64,000 bases of DNA from the human T2T-CHM13v2.0 reference genome, Homo sapiens. Where the stretch lies: assembly GCF_009914755.1 (NCBI RefSeq), contig NC_060944.1; one strand, 5' to 3'. The translations under genes were made by a program, and so were the position numbers. The notes beneath the pieces were generated by a model. It was not told the DNA's origin, ran no database searches, and saw only the letters and a program-made list of their open reading frames with translations. Shown here piece by piece: positions 36,089-51,000 of the stretch (position 1 is its first letter; each line of letters opens with the position of its first letter).

Positions 36089-39000
36089 CATTCTCAGAAA
36101 CTTATTTGTGATGTGTTTGCTCAACTAACAGGATTGAACCATCGTTTTGAAGGAGCAGTTTTGAAACACTGTTTTCGTGGAATCTGCAAGTGGATATTTG
36201 GCTAGCTTTGAGGATTTCGTTGGAAACGGGATTACATATAAAAAGGAGACAGCAGCATTCTCAGAAACTTCTTTGTGATGTCTGCATTCAATTCACAGAG
36301 TTGAGCATTCCCTTTCATAGAGCAGGTTGGAAACACTCTTTTTGTAGTATCTGGATGAGGACATTTGGAGCGCTTTCAGGCGTATGGTGAAAAAGGAAAT
36401 ATCTTCCCGTAAAAACTAGACAGAAGCATTCTCAGAAGTTTATTTGTGATGTGTGCCCTCAACTAACAGAGTTGAACCTTTCTTTTGATAGAGCAGTTTT
36501 GAAACACTCTTTTTGTAAAATCTGCAAGAGGATATTTGGATAGCTTTGAGGATTTCGTTGCAAACGGGAATGGCTTCATATAAACTCTAGACAGAAGCAT
36601 TCTCAGAAACTTCGTTGGGATGTTTCGATTGAAGTCCCAGTGTTGAACATTCCCTTTTATAGAGCAGGTTGGAAACACTCTTTCTGCATTCCCTGGAAGT
36701 GGACATTTGGAGCGCTTTCAGGACGACGGTGAAAATGGAAATATCTTCCAAGAAAATCTAGATAGAAGCAATGTCAGAAACTTTTATGTGATGGATCTAC
36801 TCAGCTAACAGAGTTGAACCTTTCTTTTGAGAGAGCAGTTTTGCAACACTCTTTTTGTGGAATATGCAAGTGGATATTAGGGCAGCTTTGAGGATTTCGT
36901 TGGAAACGGGAATACATGTAAAAAGCAGACAGCAGCATTCTCAGAAACTTCTTTGTGATGTTTGCATTGAAGTCACAGAGTTGAACATTCCCTTTGAGAG
37001 AGCAGGTTTGAAACACGCCTTTTGTCATATCTGGAAGTGTCCATTCGGAGCGCATTCAGGCTTGTGTTGAAAAAGGAAATATCCTCCCAGAAAAACTAGA
37101 CAGAAGCATTCTCAGAAACTTATCTGTGATGTATGTACTCAACTAACAGAACTAAACCATCGTTTTGAAGGAGCAGTTTTGAAACACTCTTTTTGCGGAA
37201 TCTGCAAGTGGATATTTGGCTAGCTGGGAGGATTTCGTTGGAAACGGGATTACATACAAAAAGCAGACAGCAGCATTCTCAGAAACTTCTTTGTGATGTT
37301 TGCATTCAAGTCACAGAGTTGAACATTCCCTTTCATAGAGCAGGTTTGAAACACTCTTTTTGTAGTATCTGGATGTGGACATTTGGATCGCTTTCAGGCC
37401 TATGGTGAAAAAGGAAATATCTTCCCATGAAAACTAGACAGAAGCATTCTCAGAAACTTATTTGTGATGTGTGCCCTCAACTGACAGTGTTGAACCTTTG
37501 TTTTGATAGAGCAGTTCTGAAACACACTTTTTGTAAAATCTGCAAGAGGATATTTGGATAGCTTTGAGGATTTCGTTGGAAACGGGAATGTCTTCATGTA
37601 AACTCTGGACAGAAGCATTCTCAGAAACTGCTTTGGGATGTTTCAATTGAAGTCCCAGTGTTGAACATTCCCTTTCATAGAGCAGGTTTGAAACACTCTT
37701 TTTGTACTATCTGGAAGTGGACATTTGGAGCGCTTTCAGGTCTACGGTGAAAAAGGAGATATCTTCCAATAAAAACTAGATAGAAGCAATGTCAGAACTT
37801 TTTTCATGATGTATCTACTCAGCAAACAGAGTTGAACCTTTCTTTTGAGAGAGCAGTTTTGAAACACTCTTTTTGTGGAATATGCAAGTGGGTATTAGGC
37901 CAGCTTGGAGGATTTCGTTGGAAACGGGAATACGTATAAAAAGCAGACAGCAGCATTGTCAGAAACTACTTTGTGATGTTTGCATTCAAGTCACAGAATT
38001 GAACACTCCCTTTCACAGAGCAGGTTTGAAACACTCTTTTTGTAGTGTCTGTAAGTGAACATTTGGATTGCTTTCAGGCCTAAGGTGAAAAAGGAAATAT
38101 CTTCCCATAAAAACTAGACAGAAGCATTCTCAGAAACTTGTTTGTGATGTGTGCCCTCTACTGACAGAGTTGAACCTTTCTTTGCAAAGAGCAGTTTTGA
38201 AACACTCTTTTTGTAGAATCTGCAAGAGGATATTTGGATAGCTTTGAGGATTTCTTGGGAAACGGGAATGTCTTCAGATAAACTCTAGACAGAAGCATTC
38301 TCAGAAACTTCTTTGGGATGTTTCAATTGAAGTCACAGTGTTGAACATTCCCTTTCACAGAGCAGGTTTGAAACACTCTTTTTGTAGTGTCTATAAGTGA
38401 ACATTTGGCGTGCTTTCAGGCCTAACGTGAAAAAGGAAATATCTTCCCATAAAAACTAGACAGAAGCATTCTCAGAAACTTGTTCTTGATGTGTCCCCTC
38501 TACTGACAGAGTTGAACCTTTCTTTGCAAAGAGCAGCTTTGAAACACACTTTTTGTAGAATCTGCAAGAGGATATTTGGATAGCTTGGAGGATTTCGTTG
38601 GAAACGGGTATGTCTTCAGATAAACTCTTGACAGAAGCATTCTCAGAAACTTCTTTGGGAGGTTGCATTCAAGTCACAGAGTAGAACATTCCCATTCATA
38701 GAGCAGATTTGAAACACTCTTTTTGTAGTATCTGGAAGTGGACATTTGGAGCGCTTTCAGGCCTATGTTGAAAAAGGAAATATCTTCCCATAAAAACTAG
38801 ACGGAAGCATTCTCAGAAACTTATTTGTGATGTGTTTGCTCAACTAACAGGATTGAACCATCGTTTTGAAGGAGCAGTTTTGAAACACTGTTTTCGTGGA
38901 ATCTGCAAGTGGATATTTGGCTAGCTTTGAGGATTTCGTTGGAAACGGGATTACATATAAAAAGGAGACAGCAGCATTCTCAGAAACTTCTTTGTGATGT

Positions 39001-42000
39001 CTGCATTCAATTCACAGAGTTGAGCATTCCCTTTCATAGAGCAGGTTGGAAACACTCTTTTTGTAGTATCTGGATGAGGACATTTGGAGCGCTTTCAGGC
39101 GTATGGTGAAAAAGGAAATATCTTCCCGTAAAAACTAGACAGAAGCATTCTCAGAAGTTTATTTGTGATGTGTGCCCTCAACTAACAGAGTTGAACCTTT
39201 CTTTTGATAGAGCAGTTTTGAAACACTCTTTTTGTAAAATCTGCAAGAGGATATTTGGATAGCTTTGAGGATTTCGTTGCAAACGGGAATGGCTTCATAT
39301 AAACTCTAGACAGAAGCATTCTCAGAAACTTCGTTGGGATGTTTCGATTGAAGTCCCAGTGTTGAACACTCCTTTTTATAGAGCAGGTTGGAAACACTCT
39401 TTCTGCATTCCCTGGAAGTGGACATTTGGAGCGCTTTCAGGACGACGGTGAAAATGGAAATATCTTCCAATAAAATCTAGATAGAAGCAATGTCAGAAAC
39501 TTTTATGTGATGGATCTACTCAGCTAACAGAGTTGAACCTTTCTTTTGAGAGAGCAGTTTTGCAACACTCTTTTTGTGGAATATGCAAGTGGATATTAGG
39601 GCAGCTTTGAGGATTTCGTTGGAAACGGGAATACATGTAAAAAGCAGACAGCAGCATTCTCAGAAACTTCTTTGTGATGTTTGCATTGAAGTCACAGAGT
39701 TGAACATTCCCTTTGAGAGAGCAGGTTTGAAACACGCCTTTTGTCATATCTGGAAGTGTCCATTCGGAGCGCATTCAGGCTTGTGTTGAAAAAGGAAATA
39801 TCCTCCCATAAAAACTAGACAGAAGCATTCTCAGAAACTTATCTGTGATGTATGTACTCAACTAACAGAACTAAACCATCGCTTTGAAGGAGCAGTTTTG
39901 AAACACTCTTTTTGCGGAATCTGCAAGTGGATATTTGGCTAGCTGGGAGGATTTCGTTGGAAACGGGATTACATACAAAAAGCAGACAGCAGCATTCTCA
40001 GAAACTTCTTTGTGATGTTTGCATTCAAGTCACAGAGTTGAACATTCCCTTTCATAGAGCAGGTTTGAAACACTCTTTTTGTAGTATCTGGATGTGGACA
40101 TTTGGATCGCTTTCAGGCCTATGGTGAAAAAGGAAATATCTTCCCATGAAAACTAGACAGAAGCATTCTCAGAAACTTATTTGTGATGTGTGCCCTCAAC
40201 TGACAGTGTTGAACCTTTGTTTTGATAGAGCAGTTCTGAAACACACTTTTTGTAAAATCTGCAAGAGGATATTTGGATAGCTTTGAGGATTTCGTTGGAA
40301 ACGGGAATGTCTTCATGTAAACTCTAGACAGAAGCATTCTCAGAAACTGCTTTGGGATGTTTCAATTGAAGTCCCAGTGTTGAACATTCCCTTTCATAGA
40401 GCAGGTTTGAAACACTCTTTTTGTACTATCTGGAAGTGGACATTTGGAGCGCTTTCAGGTCTACGGTGAAAAAGGAGATATCTTCCAATAAAAACTAGAT
40501 AGAAGCAATGTCAGAACTTTTTTCATGATGTATCTACTCAGCAAACAGAGTTGAACCTTTCTTTTGAGAGAGCAGTTTTGAAACACTCTTTTTGTGGAAT
40601 ATGCAAGTGGGTATTAGGCCAGCTTGGAGGATTTCGTTGGAAACGGGAATACGTATAAAAAGCAGACAGCAGCATTGTCAGAAACTACTTTGTGATGTTT
40701 GCATTCAAGTCACAGAATTGAACACTCCCTTTCACAGAGCAGGTTTGAAACACTCTTTTTGTAGTGTCTGTAAGTGAACATTTGGATTGCTTTCAGGCCT
40801 AAGGTGAAAAAGGAAATATCTTCCCATAAAAACTAGACAGAAGCATTCTCAGAAACTTGTTTGTGATGTGTGCCCTCTACTGACAGAGTTGAAGCTTTCT
40901 TTGCAAAGAGCAGTTTTGAAACACTCTTTTTGTAGAATCTGCAAGAGGATATTTGGATAGCTTTGAGGATTTCTTGGGAAACGGGAATGTCTTCAGATAA
41001 ACTCTAGACAGAAGCATTCTCAGAAACTTCTTTGGGATGTTTCAATTGAAGTCACAGTGTTGAACATTCCCTTTCACAGAGCAGGTTTGAAACACTCTTT
41101 TTGTAGTGTCTATAAGTGAACATTTGGCGTGCTTTCAGGCCTAACGTGAAAAAGGAAATATCTTCCCATAAAAACTAGACAGAAGCATTCTCAGAAACTT
41201 GTTCTTGATGTGTCCCCTCTACTGACAGAGTTGAACCTTTCTTTGCAAAGAGCAGCTTTGAAACACTCTTTTTGTAGAATCTGCAAGAGGATATTTGGAT
41301 AGCTTGGAGGATTTCGTTGGAAACGGGTATGTCTTCAGATAAACTCTAGACAGAAGCATTCTCAGAAACTTCTTTGGGATGTTGCATTCAAGTCACAGAG
41401 TAGAACATTCCCATTCATAGAGCAGATTTGAAACACTCTTTTTGTAGTATCTGGAAGTGGACATTTGGAGCGCTTTCAGGCCTATGTTGAAAAAGGAAAT
41501 ATCTTCCCATAAAAACTAGACGGAAGCATTCTCAGAAACTTATTTGTGATGTGTTTGCTCAACTAACAGGATTGAACCATCGTTTTGAAGGAGCAGTTTT
41601 GAAACACTGTTTTCGTGGAATCTGCAAGTGGATATTTGGCTAGCTTTGAGGATTTCGTTGGAAACGGGATTACATATAAAAAGGAGACAGCAGCATTCTC
41701 AGAAACTTCTTTGTGATGTCTGCATTCAATTCACAGAGTTGAGCATTCCCTTTCATAGAGCAGGTTGGAAACACTCTTTTTGTAGTATCTGGATGAGGAC
41801 ATTTGGAGCGCTTTCAGGCGTATGGTGAAACAGGAAATATCTTCCCGTAAAAACTAGACAGAAGCATTCTCAGAAGTTTATTTGTGATGTGTGCCCTCAA
41901 CTAACAGAGTTGAACCTTTCTTTTGATAGAGCAGTTTTGAAACACTCTTTTTGTAAAATCTGCAAGAGGATATTTGGATAGCTTTGAGGATTTCGTTGCA

Positions 42001-45000
42001 AACGGGAATGGCTTCATATAAACTCTAGACAGAAGCATTCTCAGAAACTTCGTTGGGATGTTTCGATTGAAGTCCCAGTGTTGAACATTCCCTTTTATAG
42101 AGCAGGTTGGAAACACTCTTTCTGCATTCCCTGGAAGTGGACATTTGGAGCGCTTTCAGGACGACGGTGAAAATGGAAATATCTTCCAAGAAAATCTAGA
42201 TAGAAGCAACGTCAGAAACTTTTATGTGATGGATCTACTCAGCTAACAGAGTTGAACCTTTCTTTTGAGAGAGCAGTTTTGCAACACTCTTTTTGTGGAA
42301 TATGCAAGTGGATATTAGGGCAGCTTTGAGGATTTCGTTGGAAACGGGAATACATGTAAAAAGCAGACAGCAGCATTCTCAGAAACTTCTTTGTGATGTT
42401 TGCATTGAAGTCACAGAGTTGAACATTCCCTTTGAGAGAGCAGGTTTGAAACACGCCTTTTGTCATATCTGGAAGTGTCCATTCGGAGCGCATTCAGGCT
42501 TGTGTTGAAAAAGGAAATATCCTCCCATAAAAACTAGACAGAAGCATTCTCAGAAACTTATTTGTGATGTATGTACTCAACTAACAGAACTAAACCATCG
42601 TTTTGAAGGAGCAGTTTTGAAACACTCTTTTTGCGGAATCTGCAAGTGGATATTTGGCTAGCTGGGAGGATTTCGTTGGAAACGGGATTACATACAAAAA
42701 GCAGACAGCAGCATTCTCAGAAACTTCTTTGTGATGTTTGCATTCAAGTCACAGAGTTGAACATTCCCTTTCATAGAGCAGGTTTGAAACACTCTTTTTG
42801 TAGTATCTGGATGTGGACATTTGGATCGCTTTCAGGCCTATGGTGAAAAAGGAAATATCTTCCCATGAAAACTAGACAGAAGCATTCTCAGAAACTTATT
42901 TGTGATGTGTGCCCTCAACTGACAGTGTTGAACCTTTGTTTTGATAGAGCAGTTCTGAAACACACTTTTTGTAAAATCTGCAAGAGGATATTTGGATAGC
43001 TTTGAGGATTTCGTTGGAAACGGGAATGTCTTCATGTAAACTCTGGACAGAAGCATTCTCAGAAACTGCTTTGGGATGTTTCAATTGAAGTCCCAGTGTT
43101 GAACATTCCCTTTCATAGAGCAGGTTTGAAACACTCTTTTTGTACTATCTGGAAGTGGACATTTGGAGCGCTTTCAGGTCTACGGTGAAAAAGGAGATAT
43201 CTTCCAATAAAAACTAGATAGAAGCAATGTCAGAACTTTTTTCATGATGTATCTACTCAGCAAACAGAGTTGAACCTTTCTTTTGAGAGAGCAGTTTTGA
43301 AACACTCTTTTTGTGGAATATGCAAGTGGGTATTAGGCCAGCTTGGAGGATTTCGTTGGAAACGGGAATACGTATAAAAAGCAGACAGCAGCATTGTCAG
43401 AAACTACTTTGTGATGTTTGCATTCAAGTCACAGAATTGAACACTCCCTTTCACAGAGCAGGTTTGAAACACTCTTTTTGTAGTGTCTATAAGTGAACAT
43501 TTGGATTGCTTTCAGGTCTAAGGTGAAAAAGGAAATATCTTCCCATAAAAACTAGACAGAAGCATTCTCAGAAACTTGTTTGTGATGTGTGCCCTCTACT
43601 GACAGAGTTGAACCTTTCTTTGCAAAGAGCAGTTTTGAAACACTCTCTTTGTAGAATCTGCAAGAGGATATTTGGATAGCTTTGAGGATTTCTTGGGAAA
43701 CGGGAATGTCTTCAGATAAACTCTAGACAGAAGCATTCTCAGAAACTTCTTTGGGATGTTTCAATTGAAGTCACAGTGTTGAACATTCCCTTTCACAGAG
43801 CAGGTTTGAAACACTCTTTTTATAGTGTCTATAAGTGAACATTTGGCGTGCTTTCAGGCCTAACGTGAAAAAGGAAATATCTTCCCATAAAAACTAGACA
43901 GAAGCATTCTCAGAAACTTGTTCTTGATGTGTGCCCTCTACTGACAGAGTTGAACCTTTCTTTGCAAAGAGCAGCTTTGAAACACTCTTTTTGTAGAATC
44001 TGCAAGAGGATATTTGGACAGCTTGGAGGATTTCGTTGGAAACGGGTATGTCTTCAGATAAACTCTAGACAGAAGCATTCTCAGAAACTTCTTTGGGATG
44101 TTGCATTCAAGTCACAGAGTAGAACATTCCCATTCATAGAGCAGATTTGAAACACTCTTTTTGTAGTATCTGGAAGTGGACATTTGGAGCGCTTTCAGGC
44201 CTATGTTGAAAAAGGAAATATCTTCCCATAAAAACTAGACGGAAGCATTCTCAGAAACTTATTTGTGATGTGTTTGCTCAACTAACAGGATTGAACCATC
44301 GTTTTGAAGGAGCAGTTTTGAAACACTGTTTTCGTGGAATCTGCAAGTGGATATTTGGCTAGCTTTGAGGATTTCGTTGGAAACGGGATTACATATAAAA
44401 AGGAGACAGCAGCATTCTCAGAAACTTCTTTGTGATGTCTGCATTCAATTCACAGAGTTGAGCATTCCCTTTCATAGAGCAGGTTGGAAACACTCTTTTT
44501 GTAGTATCTGGATGAGGACATTTGGAGCGCTTTCAGGCGTATGGTGAAAAAGGAAATATCTTCCCGTAAAAACTAGACAGAAGCATTCTCAGAAGTTTAT
44601 TTGTGATGTGTGCCCTCAACTAACAGAGTTGAACCTTTCTTTTGATAGAGCAGTTTTGAAACACTCTTTTTGTAAAATCTGCAAGAGGATATTTGGATAG
44701 CTTTGAGGATTTCGTTGCAAACGGGAATGGCTTCATATAAACTCTAGACAGAAGCATTCTCAGAAACTTCGTTGGGATGTTTCGATTGAAGTCCCAGTGT
44801 TGAACATTCCCTTTTATAGAGCAGGTTGGAAACACTCTTTCTGCATTCCCTGGAAGTGGACATTTGGAGCGCTTTCAGGACGACGGTGAAAATGGAAATA
44901 TCTTCCAAGAAAATCTAGATAGAAGCAATGTCAGAAACTTTTATGTGATGGATCTACTCAGCTAACAGAGTTGAACCTTTCTTTTGAGAGAGCAGTTTTG

Positions 45001-48000
45001 CAACACTCTTTTTGTGGAATATGCAAGTGGATATTAGGGCAGCTTTGAGGATTTCGTTGGAAACGGGAATACATGTAAAAAGCAGACAGCAGCATTCTCA
45101 GAAACTTCTTTGTGATGTTTGCATTGAAGTCACAGAGTTGAACATTCCCTTTGAGAGAGCAGGTTTGAAACACGCCTTTTGTCATATCTGGAAGTGTCCA
45201 TTCGGAGCGCATTCAGGCTTGTGTTGAAAAAGGAAATATCCTCCCATAAAAACTAGACAGAAGCATTCTCAGAAACTTATTTGTGATGTATGTACTCAAC
45301 TAACAGAACTAAACCATCGTTTTGAAGGAGCAGTTTTGAAACACTCTTTTTGCGGAATCTGCAAGTGGATATTTGGCTAGCTGGGAGGATTTCGTTGGAA
45401 ACGGGATTACATACAAAAAGCAGAGAGCAGCATTCTCAGAAACTTCTTTGTGATGTTTGCATTCAAGTCACAGAGTTGAACATTCCCTTTCATAGAGCAG
45501 GTTTGAAACACTCTTTTTGTAGTATCTGGATGTGGACATTTGGATCGCTTTCAGGCCTATGGTGAAAAAGGAAATATCTTCCCATGAAAACTAGACAGAA
45601 GCATTCTCAGAAACTTATTTGTGATGTGTGCCCTCAACTGACAGTGTTGAACCTTTGTTTTGATAGAGCAGTTCTGAAACACACTTTTTGTAAAATCTGC
45701 AAGAGGATATTTGGATAGCTTTGAGGATTTCGTTGGAAACGGGAATGTCTTCATGTAAACTCTAGACAGAAGCATTCTCAGAAACTGCTTTGGGATGTTT
45801 CAATTGAAGTCCCAGTGTTGAACATTCCCTTTCATAGAGCAGGTTTGAAACACTCTTTTTGTACTATCTGGAAGTGGACATTTGGAGCGCTTTCAGGTCT
45901 ACGGTGAAAAAGGAGATATCTTCCAATAAAAACTAGATAGAAGCAATGTCAGAACTTTTTTCATGATGTATCTACTCAGCAAACAGAGTTGAACCTTTCT
46001 TTTGAGAGAGCAGTTTTGAAACACTCTTTTTGTGGAATATGCAAGTGGGTATTAGGCCAGCTTGGAGGATTTCGTTGGAAACGGGAATACGTATAAAAAG
46101 CAGACAGCAGCATTGTCAGAAACTACTTTGTGATGTTTGCATTCAAGTCACAGAATTGAACACTCCCTTTCACAGAGCAGGTTTGAAACACTCTTTTTGT
46201 AGTGTCTGTAAGTGAACATTTGGATTGCTTTCAGGCCTAAGGTGAAAAAGGAAATATCTTCCCATAAAAACTAGACAGAAGCATTCTCAGAAACTTGTTT
46301 GTGATGTGTGCCCTCTACTGACAGAGTTGAACCTTTCTTTGCAAAGAGCAGTTTTGAAACACTCTTTTTGTAGAATCTGCAAGAGGATATTTGGATAGCT
46401 TTGAGGATTTCTTGGGAAACGGGAATGTCTTCAGATAAACTCTAGACAGAAGCATTCTCAGAAACTTCTTTGGGATGTTTCAATTGAAGTCACAGTGTTG
46501 AACATTCCCTTTCACAGAGCAGGTTTGAAACACTCTTTTTGTAGTGTCTATAAGTGAACATTTGGCGTGCTTTCAGGCGTAACGTGAAAAAGGAAATATC
46601 TTCCCATAAAAACTAGACAGAAGCATTCTCAGAAACTTGTTCTTGATGTGTCCCCTCTACTGACAGAGTTGAACCTTTCTTTGCAAAGAGCAGCTTTGAA
46701 ACACACTTTTTGTAGAATCTGCAAGAGGATATTTGGATAGCTTGGAGGATTTCGTTGGAAACGGGTATGTCTTCAGATAAACTCTTGACAGAAGCATTCT
46801 CAGAAACTTCTTTGGGATGTTGCATTCAAGTCACAGAGTAGAACATTCCCATTCATAGAGCAGATTTGAAACACTCTTTTTGTAGTATCTGGAAGTGGAC
46901 ATTTGGAGCGCTTTCAGGCCTATGTTGAAAAAGGAAATATCTTCCCATAAAAACTAGACGGAAGCATTCTCAGAAACTTATTTGTGATGTGTTTGCTCAA
47001 CTAACAGGATTGAACCATCGTTTTGAAGGAGCAGTTTTGAAACACTGTTTTCGTGGAATCTGCAAGTGGATATTTGGCTAGCTTTGAGGATTTCGTTGGA
47101 AACGGGATTACATATAAAAAGGAGACAGCAGCATTCTCAGAAACTTCTTTGTGATGTCTGCATTCAATTCACAGAGTTGAGCATTCCCTTTCATAGAGCA
47201 GGTTGGAAACACTCTTTTTGTAGTATCTGGATGAGGACATTTGGAGCGCTTTCAGGCGTATGGTGAAAAAGGAAATATCTTCCCGTAAAAACTAGACAGA
47301 AGCATTCTCAGAAGTTTATTTGTGATGTGTGCCCTCAACTAACAGAGTTGAACCTTTCTTTTGATAGAGCAGTTTTGAAACACTCTTTTTGTAAAATCTG
47401 CAAGAGGATATTTGGATAGCTTTGAGGATTTCGTTGCAAACGGGAATGGCTTCATATAAACTCTAGACAGAAGCATTCTCAGAAACTTCGTTGGGATGTT
47501 TCGATTGAAGTCCCAGTGTTGAACATTCCCTTTTATAGAGCAGGTTGGAAACACTCTTTCTGCATTCCCTGGAAGTGGACATTTGGAGCGCTTTCAGGAC
47601 GACGGTGAAAATGGAAATATCTTCCAAGAAAATCTAGATAGAAGCAACGTCAGAAACTTTTATGTGATGGATCTACTCAGCTAACAGAGTTGAACCTTTC
47701 TTTTGAGAGAGCAGTTTTGCAACACTCTTTTTGTGGAATATGCAAGTGGATATTAGGGCAGCTTTGAGGATTTCGTTGGAAACGGGAATACATGTAAAAA
47801 GCAGACAGCAGCATTCTCAGAAACTTCTTTGTGATGTTTGCATTGAAGTCACAGAGTTGAACATTCCCTTTGAGAGAGCAGGTTTGAAACACGCCTTTTG
47901 TCATATCTGGAAGTGTCCATTCGGAGCGCATTCAGGCTTGTGTTGAAAAAGGAAATATCCTCCCAGAAAAACTAGACAGAAGCATTCTCAGAAACTTATC

Positions 48001-51000
48001 TGTGATGTATGTACTCAACTAACAGAACTAAACCATCGTTTTGAAGGAGCAGTTTTGAAACACTCATTTTGCGGAATCTGCAAGTGGATATTTGGCTAGC
48101 TGGGAGGATTTCGTTGGAAACGGGATTACATACAAAAAGCAGACAGCAGCATTCTCAGAAACTTCTTTGTGATGTTTGCATTCAAGTCACAGAGTTGAAC
48201 ATTCCCTTTCATAGAGCAGGTTTGAAACACTCTTTTTGTAGTATCTGGATGTGGACATTTGGATCGCTTTCAGGCCTATGGTGAAAAAGGAAATATCTTC
48301 CCATGAAAACTAGACAGAAGCATTCTCAGAAACTTATTTGTGATGTGTGCCCTCAACTGACAGTGTTGAACCTTTGTTTTGATAGAGCAGTTCTGAAACA
48401 CACTTTTTGTAAAATCTGCAAGAGGATATTTGGATAGCTTTGAGGATTTCGTTCGAAACGGGAATGTCTTCATGTAAACTCTAGACAGAAGCATTCTCAG
48501 AAACTGCTTTGGGATGTTTCAATTGAAGTCCCAGTGTTGAACATTCCCTTTCATAGAGCAGGTTTGAAACACTCTTTTTGTACTATCTGGAAGTGGACAT
48601 TTGGAGCGCTTTCAGGTCTACGGTGAAAAAGGAGATATCTTCCAATAAAAACTAGATAGAAGCAATGTCAGAACTTTTTTCATGATGTATCTACTCAGCA
48701 AACAGAGTTGAACCTTTCTTTTGAGAGAGCAGTTTTGAAACACTCTTTTTGTGGAATATGCAAGTGGGTATTAGGCCAGCTTGGAGGATTTCGTTGGAAA
48801 CGGGAATACGTATAAAAAGCAGACAGCAGCATTGTCAGAAACTACTTTGTGATGTTTGCATTCAAGTCACAGAATTGAACACTCCCTTTCACAGAGCAGG
48901 TTTGAAACACTCTTTTTGTAGTGTCTGTAAGTGAACATTTGGATTGCTTTCAGGCCTAAGGTGAAAAAGGAAATATCTTCCCATAAAAACTAGACAGAAG
49001 CATTCTCAGAAACTTGTTTGTGATGTGTGCCCTCTACTGACAGAGTTGAACCTTTCTTTGCAAAGAGCAGTTTTGAAACACCCTTTTTGTAGAATCTGCA
49101 AGAGGATATTTGGATAGCTTTGAGGATTTCTTGGGAAACGGGAATGTCTTCAGATAAACTCTAGACAGAAGCATTCTCAGAAACTTCTTTGGGATGTTTC
49201 AATTGAAGTCACAGTGTTGAACATTCCCTTTCACAGAGCAGGTTTGAAACACTCTTTTTGTAGTGTCTATAAGTGAACATTTGGCGTGCTTTCAGGCGTA
49301 ACGTGAAAAAGGAAATATCTTCCCATAAAAACTAGACAGAAGCATTCTCCGAAACTTGTTCTTGATGTGTCCCCTCTACTGACAGAGTTGAACCTTTCTT
49401 TGCAAAGAGCAGCTTTGAAACACACTTTTTGTAGAATCTGCAAGAGGATATTTGGATAGCTTGGAGGATTTCGTTGGAAACGGGTATGTCTTCAGATAAA
49501 CTCTAGACAGAAGCATTCTCAGAAACTTCTTTGGGATGTTGCATTCAAGTCACAGAGTAGAACATTCCCATTCATAGAGCAGATTTGAAACACTCTTTTT
49601 GTAGTATCTGGAAGTGGACATTTGGAGCGCTTTCAGGCCTATGTTGAAAAAGGAAATATCTTCCCATAAAAACTAGACGGAAGCATTCTCAGAAACTTAT
49701 TTGTGATGTGTTTGCTCAACTAACAGGATTGAACCATCGTTTTGAAGGAGCAGTTTTGAAACACTGTTTTCGTGGAATCTGCAAGTGGATATTTGGCTAG
49801 CTTTGAGGATTTCGTTGGAAACGGGATTACATATAAAAAGGAGACAGCAGCATTCTCAGAAACTTCTTTGTGATGTCTGCATTCAATTCACAGAGTTGAG
49901 CATTCCCTTTCATAGAGCAGGTTGGAAACACTCTTTTTGTAGTATCTGGATGAGGACATTTGGAGCGCTTTCAGGCGTATGGTGAAAAAGGAAATATCTT
50001 CCCGTAAAAACTAGACAGAAGCATTCTCAGAAGTTTATTTGTGATGTGTGCCCTCAACTAACAGAGTTGAACCTTTCTTTTGATAGAGCAGTTTTGAAAC
50101 ACTCTTTTTGTAAAATCTGCAAGAGGATATTTGGATAGCTTTGAGGATTTCGTTGCAAACGGGAATGGCTTCATATAAACTCTAGACAGAAGCATTCTCA
50201 GAAACTTCGTTGGGATGTTTCGATTGAAGTCCCAGTGTTGAACACTCCTTTTTATAGAGCAGGTTGGAAACACTCTTTCTGCATTCCCTGGAAGTGGACA
50301 TTTGGAGCGCTTTCAGGACGACGGTGAAAATGGAAATATCTTCCAATAAAATCTAGATAGAAGCAATGTCAGAAACTTTTATGTGATGGATCTACTCAGC
50401 TAACAGAGTTGAACCTTTCTTTTGAGAGAGCAGTTTTGCAACACTCTTTTTGTGGAATATGCAAGTGGATATTAGGGCAGCTTTGAGGATTTCGTTGGAA
50501 ACGGGAATACATGTAAAAAGCAGACAGCAGCATTCTCAGAAACTTCTTTGTGATGTTTGCATTGAAGTCACAGAGTTGAACATTCCCTTTGAGAGAGCAG
50601 GTTTGAAACACGCCTTTTGTCATATCTGGAAGTGTCCATTCGGAGCGCATTCAGGCTTGTGTTGAAAAAGGAAATATCCTCCCATAAAAACTAGACAGAA
50701 GCATTCTCAGAAACTTATCTGTGATGTATGTACTCAACTAACAGAACTAAACCATCGCTTTGAAGGAGCAGTTTTGAAACACTCTTTTTGCGGAATCTGC
50801 AAGTGGATATTTGGCTAGCTGGGAGGATTTCGTTGGAAACGGGATTACATACAAAAAGCAGACAGCAGCATTCTCAGAAACTTCTTTGTGATGTTTGCAT
50901 TCAAGTCACAGAGTTGAACATTCCCTTTCATAGAGCAGGTTTGAAACACTCTTTTTGTAGTATCTGGATGTGGACATTTGGATCGCTTTCAGGCCTATGG

